The position numbers were made by a program, and so were the translations under genes. Shown piece after piece: positions 11,801-22,969 of a DNA stretch of 64,000 nucleotides. The DNA is from an uncultured Actinomycetota bacterium (GTDB taxonomy: Bacteria > Actinomycetota > Actinomycetes > JAHEKZ01). The notes under the pieces were generated by a model. That model saw only the letters and a list, made by a program, of their open reading frames with translations, had not been told where the DNA came from and did no database searches. The DNA is taken from positions 1,248,001 through 1,312,000 of the forward strand of contig CAVQYR010000001.1 of NCBI GenBank assembly GCA_963718235.1, read 5' to 3'. The first letter of the stretch is position 1, and every line of letters begins with the position of its first letter.

Positions 11801-12750
11801 GGTTGCCCCTTCCGGAGGTTCGTGAGGTTCGAGGCCATGATCTCGAAGTAGTCGTCGCCCTGGGAAGAGTCCGAGAGACCTTCGATCGGATCGAGGACGT
11901 CGGTGACGGCGCCGGTCTCAGCGGCAACGGTCTCGGCGATGGCCGGGCTCACGAGGGCCTCGAAGTAGATGGTCTTCACGTCGTTGGCTCGGACGAAGTC
12001 GGTGACCGCCGCGAGCTGCTGCGGGCTGGGCTCGGCCTCAGGGGTGAGGCCGGTGATACCGACCTGGTTCAGGCCGTAGGCGTCGGCGAGGTATCCGAAG
12101 GCAGTGTGACTGGTGACGATGTCACGCCGAACGCACTCGTCGAGACCTGCGCTGAGCTCGGAATCGAGCTGCCCGAGGTCGGCGCGCAACTGGTCGGCAT
12201 TCGCCTGGAAGGTCTCGGCGCGTTCCGGGTCGAGACTCGACAGCTCGTCGGCGAGTGCCTCGGCGACGTCGGCCAGGCGGAGCGGGTCCAGCCAGAAGTG
12301 CGGGTCGACCTGCTCGGTGTCCTCGGAGACGCCCTCCTCGATCGGGGTGAACACCAGGGAGAGGTCGGCGGAGGCGGCCGCGTCGAAGGACGTGTCGGGA
12401 GCCTGTCCCGCCACCGCGTCATCGACGGCTGGCTGGAATCCGGAGAGGTAGACCGCCAGGTCGGCGTCTCCCACCGCAGCGACGTCCTGCGGCGTCAGCT
12501 CCAGGTCGTGCGGCTCGGCGCCCGGCTTGGTCAGGTTGGTCACCGTCACCGCGTCACCGCCGACCCGCTCGGCGACGAACTGCAGCGGGTAGAAGGCGGC
12601 GACGACCGACAGCGGCTCGTCGGCAGCGCCTGCGGTCTGGTCCGCGTCGGTGCTGCACGCCGAGAGCGCCAGCGCGGCCAACGCAGCCAACGCAGTCGGG
12701 ACGACCATGGTGGCGATGGGCAGGGCGCGGTGGGCTCGAGGCGAGGTCAT
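11791..12750 (-). CDS. znuA: Zinc ABC transporter substrate-binding lipoprotein
   Basis: Lipobox LSAC, VVAAFYPL, EPHDLEL, DPHFWLDP, SHTAFGYL. Confidence 0.92.
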   Translation of the reverse strand: MTSPRAHRALPIATMVVPTALAALAALALSACSTDADQTAGAADEPLSVVAAFYPLQFVAERVGGDAVTVTNLTKPGAEPHDLELTPQDVAAVGDADLAVYLSGFQPAVDDAVAGQAPDTSFDAAASADLSLVFTPIEEGVSEDTEQVDPHFWLDPLRLADVAEALADELSSLDPERAETFQANADQLRADLGQLDSELSAGLDECVRRDIVTSHTAFGYLADAYGLNQVGITGLTPEAEPSPQQLAAVTDFVRANDVKTIYFEALVSPAIAETVAAETGAVTDVLDPIEGLSDSSQGDDYFEIMASNLTNLRKGQPCR

Positions 12751-12766
12751 GCCGGAATCCCATCCG

Positions 12767-12787
12767 AAATGAAAACGATTGTCAATA
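12767..12787. promoter_or_regulatory. Zur box
   Basis: AAATGAAAACGATTGTCAATA matches the actinobacterial Zur palindrome, directly upstream of znuA. Confidence 0.85.
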
Positions 12788-12811
12788 CCGCCAGCAAGCC
12801 GAGAGCTCGGG

Positions 12812-13435
12812 TCAGGGGTTGCGCAGCACCGAGACCGCGAAGTCGGCGCCGTCGTCCCAGGGCCGCAGGTCCCAGGTCGAGAACCGGTGCTCCAGCCGCC
12901 AGCCAGCAGCGGCCAGGTCGGCGTCGAACGCCGCCAGCGCGTAGCCGCGCTCGATCCCGAAGCCGAACACCGCGACCCCGTCGGGGCGGACGTGGCCGCG
13001 CAGCCGGGCCAGCACCTCCAGCTCGGTCTCCGGTGCCAGGTACGGCATCACGTTGCCGGCGCAGACCACCGCGTCGAACGGCTCGGGGATGCCCCGCGGG
13101 CCCAGGTCGAGGGTGAACAGGTCCTCGTTGAGCCAGACGGGGCCTGGGTGGTCCTCGCGTGCGGCCGCGACCAGGACGGGGTCCACGTCGACGCCGACTA
13201 CCCGGTGGCCCCGTCGGAAGAGCTCGCCGCCGACCCGACCCGGGCCACAGCCGGCGTCCAGGACGTAGGAGGCGGGCGCGACCAGCGCGTCGACCAGCCG
13301 GGCCTCGCCGACCAGGTCGGCCCCGTCGGCCGCCATCTGCCGGAACCGCTCGACGTAGGCGTGGGAGTGCCCGGGGTCCAGGTCGGTCAGCCAGCGCGGA
13401 CGTGGTCCCTGGTCCGGCGTCGTGTCGTCGTCCAT
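12812..13435 (-). CDS. Class I SAM-dependent methyltransferase
   Basis: VLDAGCGPGR, GVDVD, FDAVVCAGNV. Confidence 0.88.
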   Translation of the reverse strand: MDDDTTPDQGPRPRWLTDLDPGHSHAYVERFRQMAADGADLVGEARLVDALVAPASYVLDAGCGPGRVGGELFRRGHRVVGVDVDPVLVAAAREDHPGPVWLNEDLFTLDLGPRGIPEPFDAVVCAGNVMPYLAPETELEVLARLRGHVRPDGVAVFGFGIERGYALAAFDADLAAAGWRLEHRFSTWDLRPWDDGADFAVSVLRNP

Positions 13436-13444
13436 GGCTCTGTC

Positions 13445-13792
13445 CTAGCCGCCGTTGAACCCGAACAGCTTGGTCGCAGCCACGTAGGCGACCAAAGCCA
13501 CGACGGCGACCCGCAGGATCCGTGCCGGCAGGGTGTAGCTCGGCCAGCCCAGGGCAGCCAGCCAGCCGAGGAATGCCGCAACCACCAGCAGCAGCACCCC
13601 ACCGACGATGCCTTCGATCGCCAGGCCGGCGAAGGTCACGGCGGCCAGGCCGATCACGAACGCCCAGCGCGGGATGCCGCTCAGACCGACGAGCACGGGC
13701 GCGCTGAAGCGTTGGAACGCCGTCGCGTCGGCCGGCGCCTGGCCGCCGGAGCGAGGCGTGGGCTGCTTGTCGGCTGGCTTGGGGTTGGCCAC
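13445..13792 (-). CDS. Small actinobacterial membrane protein (DUF6703-like)
   Basis: Three hydrophobic segments; FLGWLAALGWP...RILR. Confidence 0.7.
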   Translation of the reverse strand: MANPKPADKQPTPRSGGQAPADATAFQRFSAPVLVGLSGIPRWAFVIGLAAVTFAGLAIEGIVGGVLLLVVAAFLGWLAALGWPSYTLPARILRVAVVALVAYVAATKLFGFNGG

Positions 13793-13892
13793 AGGTCCTC
13801 CGGGCGGGCTGGGCGGTCGCAGGTGCCGCTAGCGTGGGCTGGTCGGCTCATCTTCGCGCATCGGCGCGGCCGGCCCCACAGGAGAGTGGTCC

Positions 13893-14225
13893 GTGCTGCA
13901 GGTGGTCACCCGGTACTGGCTCGCCGACGACGACGCCGCGTTTCGCGACGAGGCGGCCGCCGCAGTCGCCGTCCTGGCTCGGCAGGAGGGGTACCTGGAC
14001 GGTTCGGTGGCCCGCAGCGTCGACGAACCCGAGCTGTGGGTCGTCGAGACCCGTTGGTCCACCGTCGGCGACTTCCGTCGTGCCCTGTCCGTCTTCGACG
14101 TCAAGGTGTCCGCCGTACCGCTGCTGTCCCGGGCGGTCGACGAGCCCTCGGTGTTCGAGGTGCTGCACCGCCGTGACGCCCGGGGCCCGGTCGACTCGGC
14201 CGTCCGACCGCGCCGGGTAGCCTGA
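13893..14225 (+). CDS. ABM-like (antibiotic biosynthesis monooxygenase fold) protein
   Basis: GYLDG..ARSVDEPELW...TRW..VGDFRRALS...EPSVFE; usual position upstream of glyQS. Confidence 0.75.
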   Translation: MLQVVTRYWLADDDAAFRDEAAAAVAVLARQEGYLDGSVARSVDEPELWVVETRWSTVGDFRRALSVFDVKVSAVPLLSRAVDEPSVFEVLHRRDARGPVDSAVRPRRVA

Positions 14226-14282
14226 CGCCTCACGCCAATACCCCTCCGGCACCCAGCCGGACGGAGCGAGGAGCGCACCACC

Positions 14283-15659
14283 GTGGCCGCCGATCTCATC
14301 GACAGTGTCGTCTCGCTGTGCAAGCGACGAGGCTTCGTCTTCCCCTCCAGCGAGATCTACGGCGGCCAGCGGGCCGCCTGGGACTACGGGCCGCTGGGCG
14401 TGGAGATGAAGGACAACGTCAAGCGGCAGTGGTGGCAGTCGGTCGTGCGCGAGCGCGACGACGTGGTGGGTATCGACACGTCGGTCATCCTCGCGCCCGA
14501 GGTCTGGGCGGCGTCCGGCCACGTCGAGGCCTTCGTCGACCCGCTCACCGAGTGCACCGCCTGTCACAAGCGCTTCCGGGCCGACCAGCTCGAGGAGGTC
14601 TTCGAGGTCAAGCACAAGCGGGCCCCCGAGTCGCTGGCTGAGGTCAACTGCCCGAACTGCGGCAACAAGGGACAGTTCACCGAACCACGCATGTTCAACG
14701 GTCTGCTCAAGACCCACCTCGGCCCGATCGAGGACGGCTCCGGACTGGCGTACCTGCGGCCGGAGACCGCCCAGGGCATCTTCATCTCGTTCGCGTACGC
14801 CCAGCAGGTGTCGCGCAAGAAGCCTCCGTTCGGGGTCGCCAACATCGGCAAGTCCTTCCGCAACGAGATCACGCCGGGCAACTTCATCTTCCGCACCCGC
14901 GAGTTCGAGCAGATGGAGATGGAGTTCTTCGTCCAGCCCGGAAGCGACGAGGAGTGGCACCAGTACTGGATCGACGCCCGGCTGGCCTGGTACCTCGACC
15001 TGGGGATCAAGTCGGACAACCTTCGGTTGTATGAGCACCCGCAGGAGAAGCTGTCGCACTACTCCACGCGCACGGTCGACATCGAGTACCGGTTCAGGTT
15101 CGGCGGTCAGGAGTTCAGCGAGCTCGAGGGCATCGCCAACCGCACCGACTACGACCTGAAGACCCATGCAGCGAAGTCCGGTGTCGACCTGTCGTTCTTC
15201 GACCAGGACGCCGGTGAGCGTTGGGTCCCGTACGTCATCGAGCCGGCCGCGGGAGTGAACCGGGCCATGCTCGCCCTGCTCCTCGACGCCTACGCCGAGG
15301 ACGAGGCGCCCAACGCCAAGGGTGGGGTCGACAAACGCACCGTCATGCGGTTCGACCCGCGGATCGCCCCGGTGAAGGCCGCGGTCCTCCCGCTGTCGCG
15401 CAACGCCGACCTGTCGCCGAAGGCCCGCGACCTCGCCCTGCAGCTGCGCAAGCGCTGGAACGTCGACTTCGACGACGCCGGTGCGATCGGCCGTCGCTAC
15501 CGCCGCCAGGACGAGATCGGGACGCCGTTCGCCCTGACCGTCGACTTCGAGACCCTTGACGACGACGCGGTCACGATTCGCGAGCGCGACTCGATGGAGC
15601 AACGCCGGGTCGGGCTGGCCCAGGTTGAGGCGTTCCTGCAGGAGCGACTGCCCGGCTAG
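14283..15659 (+). CDS. glyQS: Glycine--tRNA ligase (homodimeric type)
   Basis: [67 protein letters not shown]. Confidence 0.97.
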   Translation: MAADLIDSVVSLCKRRGFVFPSSEIYGGQRAAWDYGPLGVEMKDNVKRQWWQSVVRERDDVVGIDTSVILAPEVWAASGHVEAFVDPLTECTACHKRFRADQLEEVFEVKHKRAPESLAEVNCPNCGNKGQFTEPRMFNGLLKTHLGPIEDGSGLAYLRPETAQGIFISFAYAQQVSRKKPPFGVANIGKSFRNEITPGNFIFRTREFEQMEMEFFVQPGSDEEWHQYWIDARLAWYLDLGIKSDNLRLYEHPQEKLSHYSTRTVDIEYRFRFGGQEFSELEGIANRTDYDLKTHAAKSGVDLSFFDQDAGERWVPYVIEPAAGVNRAMLALLLDAYAEDEAPNAKGGVDKRTVMRFDPRIAPVKAAVLPLSRNADLSPKARDLALQLRKRWNVDFDDAGAIGRRYRRQDEIGTPFALTVDFETLDDDAVTIRERDSMEQRRVGLAQVEAFLQERLPG

Positions 15660-15679
15660 GTTCGGCTAGCTCCGGCTAG
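15653..15679. repeat. Three CGGCTAG units at 10-nt period
   Basis: cccggctagg ttcggctagc tccggctagg at the junction of convergent genes. Confidence 0.7.
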
Positions 15680-16152
15680 GTGCGCGGGGGCGGGCTCTCG
15701 ATGCTGGCGAGGTCGGCCTCGACGATCGCCTTGTCGTCGGGGTCGGCGATCGTGGCCGCTGCCGCGGTCGCCTCGCGGCGGTACCGCTCGGTGAGCTCGG
15801 CGTCACCGGCGACGGAGGCCGCCCGGGCGAGCGCCTCGTAGGCGAAGGCCAGGTCGAAGTCACCGATCCCGTGCTGCTCGCACAGGTCGAGGCAGCGTTG
15901 GGCGTGGTGCCGGGCCGGCTCGGCGCGCCCGAGCAGCGCGTAGACCCGTGACACCTGCCACTCTCCGCGGGCCCGGTGCACGGGGGTACCGACGATGCCC
16001 CAGTGGTGACGGGACGCATGGGCGGTGTGGACGAGCTCGTCGTCCTGCTCCGGAGTCCGGTCGGGGGTGTCCATCAGCGCCCAGGCGTCGTTGAAGGACT
16101 TGACGGCCAGGGCGCGGTGCTGCTCGGGGGTCACGGTGACGTCGTCGCTCAT
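15676..16152 (-). CDS. Conserved hypothetical helical (TPR-like) protein
   Basis: HTAHASRHHW...RGEWQVSRVY...FDLAFAYEALARA; GATACT 6 nt before ATG. Confidence 0.75.
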   Translation of the reverse strand: MSDDVTVTPEQHRALAVKSFNDAWALMDTPDRTPEQDDELVHTAHASRHHWGIVGTPVHRARGEWQVSRVYALLGRAEPARHHAQRCLDLCEQHGIGDFDLAFAYEALARAASVAGDAELTERYRREATAAAATIADPDDKAIVEADLASIESPPPRT

Positions 16153-16184
16153 GGACCCAGTATCCCCGCATGCGACGATGAGGG

Positions 16185-17348
16185 GTGTCCATCACCGCCA
16201 CGCAGGGGGTCCACGCGCCCCCTGCCGAGCCGCTCACGCTCGGACGGCTGATCGTCGACCCCCCGGTCGTCCTGGCCCCGATGGCGGGGGTCACCAACGC
16301 CGCCTTCCGCCGTCTGTGCCGCGAGCAGGGGGCTGGGCTCTACGTGTGCGAGATGATCACCTCCCGCGGGGTCGTCGAACGCGATCGCAAGACCCTGTCG
16401 ATGCTCACCTTCGACCCGTTGGAGGAGGTCCGGTCGGTCCAGCTGTACGGCGTCGACCCGCACCACGTCGGCGAGGCCGTGAAGGTGCTGGCCGGGGACC
16501 ACGGCGTGGCGCACGTCGACCTGAACTTCGGGTGCCCGGTGCCGAAGGTCACCCGCAAGGGCGGGGGTGCTGCCCTGCCGTGGAAGCGCGACCTGCTCGA
16601 GGCGATCGTGCGGGCGGCCGTGCGCTCCGCCGCGGAGTACGACGTACCGGTCACCGTCAAGACCCGCCTGGGCATCGACGCCGACCATCTCACCTACCTC
16701 GAGGCGGGGCGGATCGCCGAGGACGCCGGGTGCGCCGCGATCGCCCTGCACGGGCGCACCGCCGACCAGCACTACTCCGGCCACGCCGACTGGCGGCCGA
16801 TCGCCGAGCTCAAGGCGCACGTGTCGATCCCGGTCCTGGGCAACGGCGACATCTGGGAGGCGGTGGACGCCCTGCGCATGGTGGCCGACACCGGCTGCGA
16901 CGGGGTGGTGGTCGGGCGTGGGTGCCTGGGGCGACCGTGGCTGTTCGGCGACCTGGCTGCGGCGTTCGCCGGGCGTGAGCAACGTTCCCAGGCGCCACGA
17001 CTCGGTGAGGTCGCCGCGTGCGTGCGACGGCACGGGGAGCTGCTCGCTGAGCTGATGGGCGAGCCGCGCGGGCTCACCGACCTGCGCAAGCACATGGCTT
17101 GGTACTTCAAGGGGTTCGCCGTGGGGAGTGAGCTGCGGGCCGCGCTGGGCCAGGTCAGCGCCCTCGACGAGCTCGACGGCCTGCTGGCCCGGCTCGACCC
17201 GGCTCAGCCCTACCCGGTCACCGAGTTCGGTGTTCCGCGCGGGCGCCAGGGCTCGCCCCGGCGGGTGGCCCTGCCCGAGGGCTGGCTCGATGACCGGCGG
17301 ACGGCGTCACTGGGGGCCGACGCCGAGCTCGACGTCAGCGGTGGATGA
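16185..17348 (+). CDS. dusB: tRNA dihydrouridine synthase DusB
   Basis: VLAPMAGVT, DLNFGCPVPKV, LHGRT, GNGDI, GRGCLGRPW. Confidence 0.95.
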   Translation: MSITATQGVHAPPAEPLTLGRLIVDPPVVLAPMAGVTNAAFRRLCREQGAGLYVCEMITSRGVVERDRKTLSMLTFDPLEEVRSVQLYGVDPHHVGEAVKVLAGDHGVAHVDLNFGCPVPKVTRKGGGAALPWKRDLLEAIVRAAVRSAAEYDVPVTVKTRLGIDADHLTYLEAGRIAEDAGCAAIALHGRTADQHYSGHADWRPIAELKAHVSIPVLGNGDIWEAVDALRMVADTGCDGVVVGRGCLGRPWLFGDLAAAFAGREQRSQAPRLGEVAACVRRHGELLAELMGEPRGLTDLRKHMAWYFKGFAVGSELRAALGQVSALDELDGLLARLDPAQPYPVTEFGVPRGRQGSPRRVALPEGWLDDRRTASLGADAELDVSGG

Positions 17349-17429
17349 GGGGACAAAGGCCCGTACCGACGGTCCCGGTTCGTGCGGACCATAGAGTGAG
17401 GACAGGCCGCAACCGCGAAGGGGTCCGCG

Positions 17430-20117
17430 ATGCCGTACGTGTTCGGGTTCGCCGAAGGTGACAAGGACAAGAAGGAGCTGCTCGGGGGCAAGGGGGCAAA
17501 CCTCGCCGAGATGACCCGGCTCGAGCTGCCGGTTCCCCCGGGGTTCACCATCAGCACGCAGGCCTGCCGGGCCTTCCGTGATCTGAAGGAGCTCCCGTTC
17601 GGCCTGGTCGACGAGATTGACGACCACCTCGGGCGCCTCGAGCGCACCATGGGCCGGCTCCTGGGCGACGCGGAGAACCCGCTGCTCGTGTCGGTGCGCT
17701 CCGGCGGCAAGTACTCCATGCCGGGGATGATGGACACCGTTCTGAACATCGGGCTCAACGACCAGTCGGTCGTCGGTCTGGCGACCCGCACCCGCGACGA
17801 GCGATTCGCCTGGGACTCCTACCGGCGGCTGGTCCAGATGTTCGGTCGCACCGTGCTCGAAGTCCCCTCCGACCGGTTCGAGCAGACCATCGACGCGGTC
17901 AAGCTGCACCGTGGGACCACCGACGACCTCGACCTCACCGTCGACGACCTGCACCATCTGGTGGAGGCGTTCACGGCGACGATCAAGGAGTACACCGGCT
18001 TCTCGTTCCCGCAGGACCCGCGCGAGCAGCTGCGGCAGGCGGTGATCGCGGTCTTCCGTTCGTGGGACGGCGACCGGGCACGGCTGTACCGCAGGCAAGA
18101 ACGCATCCCCGACGACCTCGGCACGGCGGTCAACGTGCAGACCATGGTGTTCGGCAACCTGGGACCGGACAGCGGCACCGGCGTGGCGTTCACCCGTGAC
18201 CCGGCGACGGGGCAGACCGGCAGCTATGGCGACTACCTGTCCAACGCGCAGGGTGAGGACGTCGTGGCCGGCATCCGCAACACGATGCCGCTCTCGGAGC
18301 TGGAGTCCCTCGACCCGTCGTCCTACCGCGAGCTCGTGAACATCATGGGCGTGCTCGAGCGGCACTTCCGCGACATGTGCGACATCGAGTTCACCATCGA
18401 GCGCGGTCGGCTGTGGATGCTGCAGACCCGGATCGGCAAGCGGACCGCTGAGGCGGCGTTCCGGATCGCCGTCCAGCTGGCCGACGAGGGCCTCATAGAC
18501 ATGGACGAGGCACTGGAGCGGGTCACAGGGGCACAGCTCGCCCGGCTGATGTTCCCCCACTTCGACAGCTCGTCGGGCGCCGAGCCGCTGGTCCAGGGCG
18601 TCGGTGCTTCGCCGGGTGCCGCGGTGGGCCGTGCCGTGTTCGACAGCAAGCGAGCGGCCGTGCGCGCGGTCGCGGGCGACGCCGTCATCCTGGTTCGGCG
18701 TGAGACCAACCCCGACGACCTCGGCGGCATGATCGCCGCCCAGGGGGTACTGACGAGCCGGGGCGGCAAGACCTCGCACGCCGCAGTGGTCGCGCGCGGC
18801 ATGGGCAAGCCTTGCGTGGTCGGCGTCGAGCAGCTCGACGTCGACGTGGTCCAGCGACGCTTCACCACCGGCGACGGGGTCGTGGTCAGCGAGGGCGACC
18901 TCGTGTCGATCGACGGAACGACGGGCCTCGTCTACGTCGGGGCCGTTCCCGTGGTTCCCTCCCCGGTCGTTCGCTACTTCGACGGGCTGGACACCGACGC
19001 GAGCAGCGACCAGCTGGTGCACGCGGTCGACCGCCTGATCGGTCACGCCGACAAGCGCCGCCGGCTCGGGGTCAAGGCCAACGCCGACATCGCCGTCGAC
19101 GCTGCCAGGGCACGCCGTTTTGGCGCCGAGGGGATCGGTCTGGCCCGCACCGAGCACATGTTCCTCGGTGACCGCAAGGACCACGTCGTCCGACTGGTGC
19201 TCGCTTCCGACGACCAGGCTCGCCAGCTCGTCTACGACGACCTCCTCCCGCTGCAGCGGGCCGACTTCGCCGGCCTGCTCGAGCCGATGGACGGTCAGAC
19301 GGTGACGATCCGCCTGCTCGACCCGCCGCTGCACGAGTTCCTTCCCGACGTCACCGAGCTGAGCGTCCGGGTCGCGTTGGAGGACGCGCGCGGCCGGACC
19401 ACCACCGAGCACCACCAGCTGCTCGACGCGGTGCGTCGCATGCACGAGGCCAACCCCATGATGGGGCTGCGCGGCGTTCGGCTCGGGCTCGTGCTGCCGG
19501 GCCTGTACGCACTGCAGATCCGGGCCGTGGCGGAGGCGGCGGCCGACCTCATCGCGGCGGGCGGCGACCCCCGTCCGGAGATCATGGTTCCCCTGGTGGC
19601 CACGGTGACCGAGCTGGAGCGGGTCCGTCACGAGGCCGAGCAGGTCATCGAGCAGGTCGCCGCCGAGCGGGGCGTCCGGCTGGACATCCCGATCGGCACG
19701 ATGATCGAGCTCCCGCGCGCTGCGTTGACGGCCGGGGAGATCGCCCAGGCTGCCGACTTCTTCTCCTTCGGCACCAACGACCTCACCCAGACGACCTGGG
19801 GGTTCAGTCGCGACGACGCCGAGGGCGCGTTCTTCACCACCTACCTGGAGGCGCGGATCTTCGCCGTCTCACCCTTCGAGTCGATCGACGAGGACGGGGT
19901 CGGACGGCTCGTGGCGATGGCCAGCCAGACTGGGCGCGAGGCCAAGCCCGAGCTGTCCCTGGGCGTCTGCGGTGAGCACGGGGGCGACCCTGCGTCGATC
20001 CACTTCTTCCACCGGCTCGGGCTCGACTACGTGTCGTGCTCGCCGTTCCGGGTACCGGTCGCCCGGCTGGAGGCCGGCCGCGCCGCCCTGTCGGTGGAAG
20101 GCAGCGACAGTCGTTGA
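17430..20117 (+). CDS. ppdK: Pyruvate, phosphate dikinase
   Basis: [16 protein letters not shown]...[21 protein letters not shown] (phospho-His), [17 protein letters not shown]. Confidence 0.97.
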   Translation: MPYVFGFAEGDKDKKELLGGKGANLAEMTRLELPVPPGFTISTQACRAFRDLKELPFGLVDEIDDHLGRLERTMGRLLGDAENPLLVSVRSGGKYSMPGMMDTVLNIGLNDQSVVGLATRTRDERFAWDSYRRLVQMFGRTVLEVPSDRFEQTIDAVKLHRGTTDDLDLTVDDLHHLVEAFTATIKEYTGFSFPQDPREQLRQAVIAVFRSWDGDRARLYRRQERIPDDLGTAVNVQTMVFGNLGPDSGTGVAFTRDPATGQTGSYGDYLSNAQGEDVVAGIRNTMPLSELESLDPSSYRELVNIMGVLERHFRDMCDIEFTIERGRLWMLQTRIGKRTAEAAFRIAVQLADEGLIDMDEALERVTGAQLARLMFPHFDSSSGAEPLVQGVGASPGAAVGRAVFDSKRAAVRAVAGDAVILVRRETNPDDLGGMIAAQGVLTSRGGKTSHAAVVARGMGKPCVVGVEQLDVDVVQRRFTTGDGVVVSEGDLVSIDGTTGLVYVGAVPVVPSPVVRYFDGLDTDASSDQLVHAVDRLIGHADKRRRLGVKANADIAVDAARARRFGAEGIGLARTEHMFLGDRKDHVVRLVLASDDQARQLVYDDLLPLQRADFAGLLEPMDGQTVTIRLLDPPLHEFLPDVTELSVRVALEDARGRTTTEHHQLLDAVRRMHEANPMMGLRGVRLGLVLPGLYALQIRAVAEAAADLIAAGGDPRPEIMVPLVATVTELERVRHEAEQVIEQVAAERGVRLDIPIGTMIELPRAALTAGEIAQAADFFSFGTNDLTQTTWGFSRDDAEGAFFTTYLEARIFAVSPFESIDEDGVGRLVAMASQTGREAKPELSLGVCGEHGGDPASIHFFHRLGLDYVSCSPFRVPVARLEAGRAALSVEGSDSR

Positions 20118-21370
20118 CCCGTTCTGCCCCTGGCGAGCAGGATCGCGCCGAGTACGACTCGGTCGACTGCGCCCGGCTCGTGACCGAACCGGCGAAGCCG
20201 TCCGGGCGCACACCGTTCGAACGTGACCGGGCCCGGGTGCTGCACAGCTCGGCGCTGCGCCGGCTCGCGGCCAAGACCCAGGTCGTCGTCCCGTGGGAGA
20301 GCGACTTCCCCCGCACCCGACTGACCCACTCGCTGGAGTGCGCGCAGATCGGCCGTGAGCTCGGGCAGGCGCTGGGCTGTGACCCCGACCTGGTCGAGGC
20401 GGCCTGTCTGGCCCACGACCTGGGTCACCCGCCGTTCGGTCACAACGGCGAGTCGGCACTCGACGAGGTCGCCCAGGTGTGTGGGGGCTTCGAAGGCAAC
20501 GCGCAGAGCCTGCGGATCCTCACCCGCCTGGAGGCCAAGGTCGTCGACGACGGCGTCAGCGTGGGGCTCAACCTCACCCGAGCCACCCTGGACGCCGCCA
20601 CCAAGTACCCGTGGCCGCGGCGTCCGGGTGACACCAAGTTCGGGGTCTACGACGACGACCTCGAGGTCTTCGCCTGGGTCCGCAGCCGGTCACCGGGGCA
20701 GCGCCGCTGCGTCGAGGCGCAGGTGATGGACTGGGCCGACGACGTCGCCTACTCGGTGCACGACTTCGAGGACGCCGTCTTCGCCGGCCATCTGCTGCTC
20801 GACTCGCTGCACGACCAGGACGAGCAGCACGACCTGGCCGCCCTGGCCGCCGACCGGTACGCGGTCGGCGCCGACCCGGGCGCGCTCGTCGCGGCGCTGC
20901 AGCGTCTGCTGGCGACCTCGATGTGGCCGCAGAAGTTCGACGGGGGACACCAGGCGCTGGCCGGGCTGAAGCACGCGTCGAGCCAGCTGATCGGACGCTT
21001 CTGCTCGGCGGCGGAGTCGATGACCCGCGACAAGCACGGTGACGAGCCGCTGCATCGCTACGGCGCCGACCTCGAGGTGCCGGACGACACGCGCCTGGAG
21101 TGCGCGATGCTCAAGGCAGTCACGGCCCGGTACGTCATGGGACGTGCCGGCGCGGAGGCCAACTACTCACGCCAGCGCGAGGTGATCCACGGGCTCACCG
21201 ACGCCCTCCTGGCCGGTGCGCCGTCCGTTCTGGAGCCGCTGCACCGGGAACGCTTCGCTGTCGCAGATGACGATGTCGACCGGCTGCGCGTGGTGATCGA
21301 CCAGGTGGCGTCGCTCACCGACCCGGCGGCGCTGGCGTGGTATGCCCGGCTCACCGGACGGACTCCTTGA
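20114..21370 (+). CDS. dgt: dGTP triphosphohydrolase
   Basis: [50 protein letters not shown]; TTGA overlap. Confidence 0.95.
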   Translation: MTRSAPGEQDRAEYDSVDCARLVTEPAKPSGRTPFERDRARVLHSSALRRLAAKTQVVVPWESDFPRTRLTHSLECAQIGRELGQALGCDPDLVEAACLAHDLGHPPFGHNGESALDEVAQVCGGFEGNAQSLRILTRLEAKVVDDGVSVGLNLTRATLDAATKYPWPRRPGDTKFGVYDDDLEVFAWVRSRSPGQRRCVEAQVMDWADDVAYSVHDFEDAVFAGHLLLDSLHDQDEQHDLAALAADRYAVGADPGALVAALQRLLATSMWPQKFDGGHQALAGLKHASSQLIGRFCSAAESMTRDKHGDEPLHRYGADLEVPDDTRLECAMLKAVTARYVMGRAGAEANYSRQREVIHGLTDALLAGAPSVLEPLHRERFAVADDDVDRLRVVIDQVASLTDPAALAWYARLTGRTP

Positions 21371-21834
21371 CTCCGATGGAGCCGTTCGAGGTCCGTGGGG
21401 TTGGCGTCGAAGTGGTCCGGCCGCTGCGCCACGCCGTCCTGCGCGGCCCGGAACGTCCGCTCAGCGAGTCCTGCTACCCGCAGGACGACGGGGAGGAGAC
21501 GGTCCACCTCGCGGTCCTGCAGGGCGGCGTGGTCGTCGCCTGCGCCACGTTCTTCCCGGAGGCCCACGACGGCACGCCGGCGTGGCGACTGCGCGGCATG
21601 GCCACCGACCCGGCCCACCGCAGAAGGGGTCTCGGTGGCGCGCTCCTGGAGGTCGGGGTCGGCCTCGCCGAAGGAGCCGGCGTTCCCGTGCTCTGGTGCA
21701 ACGCCCGCACGGCGGCACTCCCGTTCTACCGCAGCCACGGGTTCGAGACTGTCGGCGAGGAGTTCGTCACCGCGGCAGGCGTGCCGCACTTCGTGGCGGT
21801 GCTTCAGCTGTCGAGGAACGGCACGTCGACGTAG
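21367..21834 (+). CDS. GNAT family N-acetyltransferase
   Basis: [39 protein letters not shown]; start TTG 21367 or ATG 21376. Confidence 0.87.
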   Translation: MTPMEPFEVRGVGVEVVRPLRHAVLRGPERPLSESCYPQDDGEETVHLAVLQGGVVVACATFFPEAHDGTPAWRLRGMATDPAHRRRGLGGALLEVGVGLAEGAGVPVLWCNARTAALPFYRSHGFETVGEEFVTAAGVPHFVAVLQLSRNGTST

Positions 21835-22895
21835 GGCTTGCGGTCCGGGGGCCCGGCGGCGATCCGGACCCGTACCGGGTCGTCGAGCTCGGCGATGATC
21901 GAGCCGAAGGTGAAACCGTCGTCGCGCCAGCGGCCGGGGAACATGCAGATGCCGGACTCGGTGTCGGCGAACAGCGCCTCGAGGTCGTCGACGTCCAGCT
22001 GCGGGGTCGCCTCCAGGGTCGAGCCGAGATGCGCGAGGCGGGGCTGCGACGACGTCGTGGCCCACTCGGTCGGATCCTGGCTCGCGGGGTCCAGGGGTCC
22101 GCGGTAGGCCAGTGGATGGTTGGTGTGCCAGCGACGCGTCTTGTTCTCGGTGTCGTTGGTGTACTCGACGACCACGCCGGCGCCGCACTCGAAGCCGCGC
22201 ACACCCTCGCGGGTGGTGACGGTGTAGGACTGGCCCGAGGCGTGGGGCAGCCGGTGCAGCACGTCGACGGCGTCGTCCAAGGATCTCTGGGCGAGCAGCG
22301 CGCGCAGCACGAACGCGACGGGGACGCCGTCGGGGTCGACGGGCAGCTGTTCCAGGGTGTTGACCAGGACGACGAGCCCTGCGTCGTTCGCGCCGCAGAG
22401 TCCGACGAGCCCGGCGCGGCTGAGCAGCACCTGGCGGGGTGCGTCGTCCGGCGCCAGCCGGAGCGCCACCTGGGTGCCGTCCATCCAGGTGTCGAGGTCC
22501 ATGGTCTGGCCCGCCACGCCCACATGCCGGTCGTCGCCGCTGCTGGCGACCACGCTGCACCCGGCCCCGTGGGTTCCCCACCACCACGCCTCGTCGAGGC
22601 AGTTCGTGGCGAACACCACGTCGACGTCCTGACCGGCTCCCGCAGCGATCGCCTCCACCTCGGTCGCCAGCCACGGCAGGTGACGCTCGACCGCCCGCCA
22701 GAAGCCGGCCCGCGCGAACAGGTCGGTGACGAGCTCGTCGAGGGACCTCCCGTCCGCGGCCAGGGCAGCCCGCCACTGGTCGAGCCCGGCGGTGATCAGG
22801 TCGGCCGCCTGGTCGCCGTGGCTGCTGCCCAGCTGGTAGGGGTCGCCGGAGGCGGAGACCCGGCGGATCCCGGACAGGCTCGTGGGGTTGGTCAT
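21804..22895 (-). CDS. C45 family autoproteolytic Ntn acyltransferase/hydrolase
   Basis: [13 protein letters not shown] nucleophile (GAGCS), GQTMD, GANDAGL, HTNH. Confidence 0.8.
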   Translation of the reverse strand: MTNPTSLSGIRRVSASGDPYQLGSSHGDQAADLITAGLDQWRAALAADGRSLDELVTDLFARAGFWRAVERHLPWLATEVEAIAAGAGQDVDVVFATNCLDEAWWWGTHGAGCSVVASSGDDRHVGVAGQTMDLDTWMDGTQVALRLAPDDAPRQVLLSRAGLVGLCGANDAGLVVLVNTLEQLPVDPDGVPVAFVLRALLAQRSLDDAVDVLHRLPHASGQSYTVTTREGVRGFECGAGVVVEYTNDTENKTRRWHTNHPLAYRGPLDPASQDPTEWATTSSQPRLAHLGSTLEATPQLDVDDLEALFADTESGICMFPGRWRDDGFTFGSIIAELDDPVRVRIAAGPPDRKPYVDVPFLDS

Positions 22896-22969
22896 CCCAG
22901 CATTGTGCTGGTACCCAGCGGGGAGTGAGGGGCGGGCCCGCCGATGGGGCTCGACCTAGACTGCGAGAC

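Noticed and set aside
14226-14282. T-box or riboswitch upstream of glyQS
   Set aside because: The leader is too short and has no T-box motif
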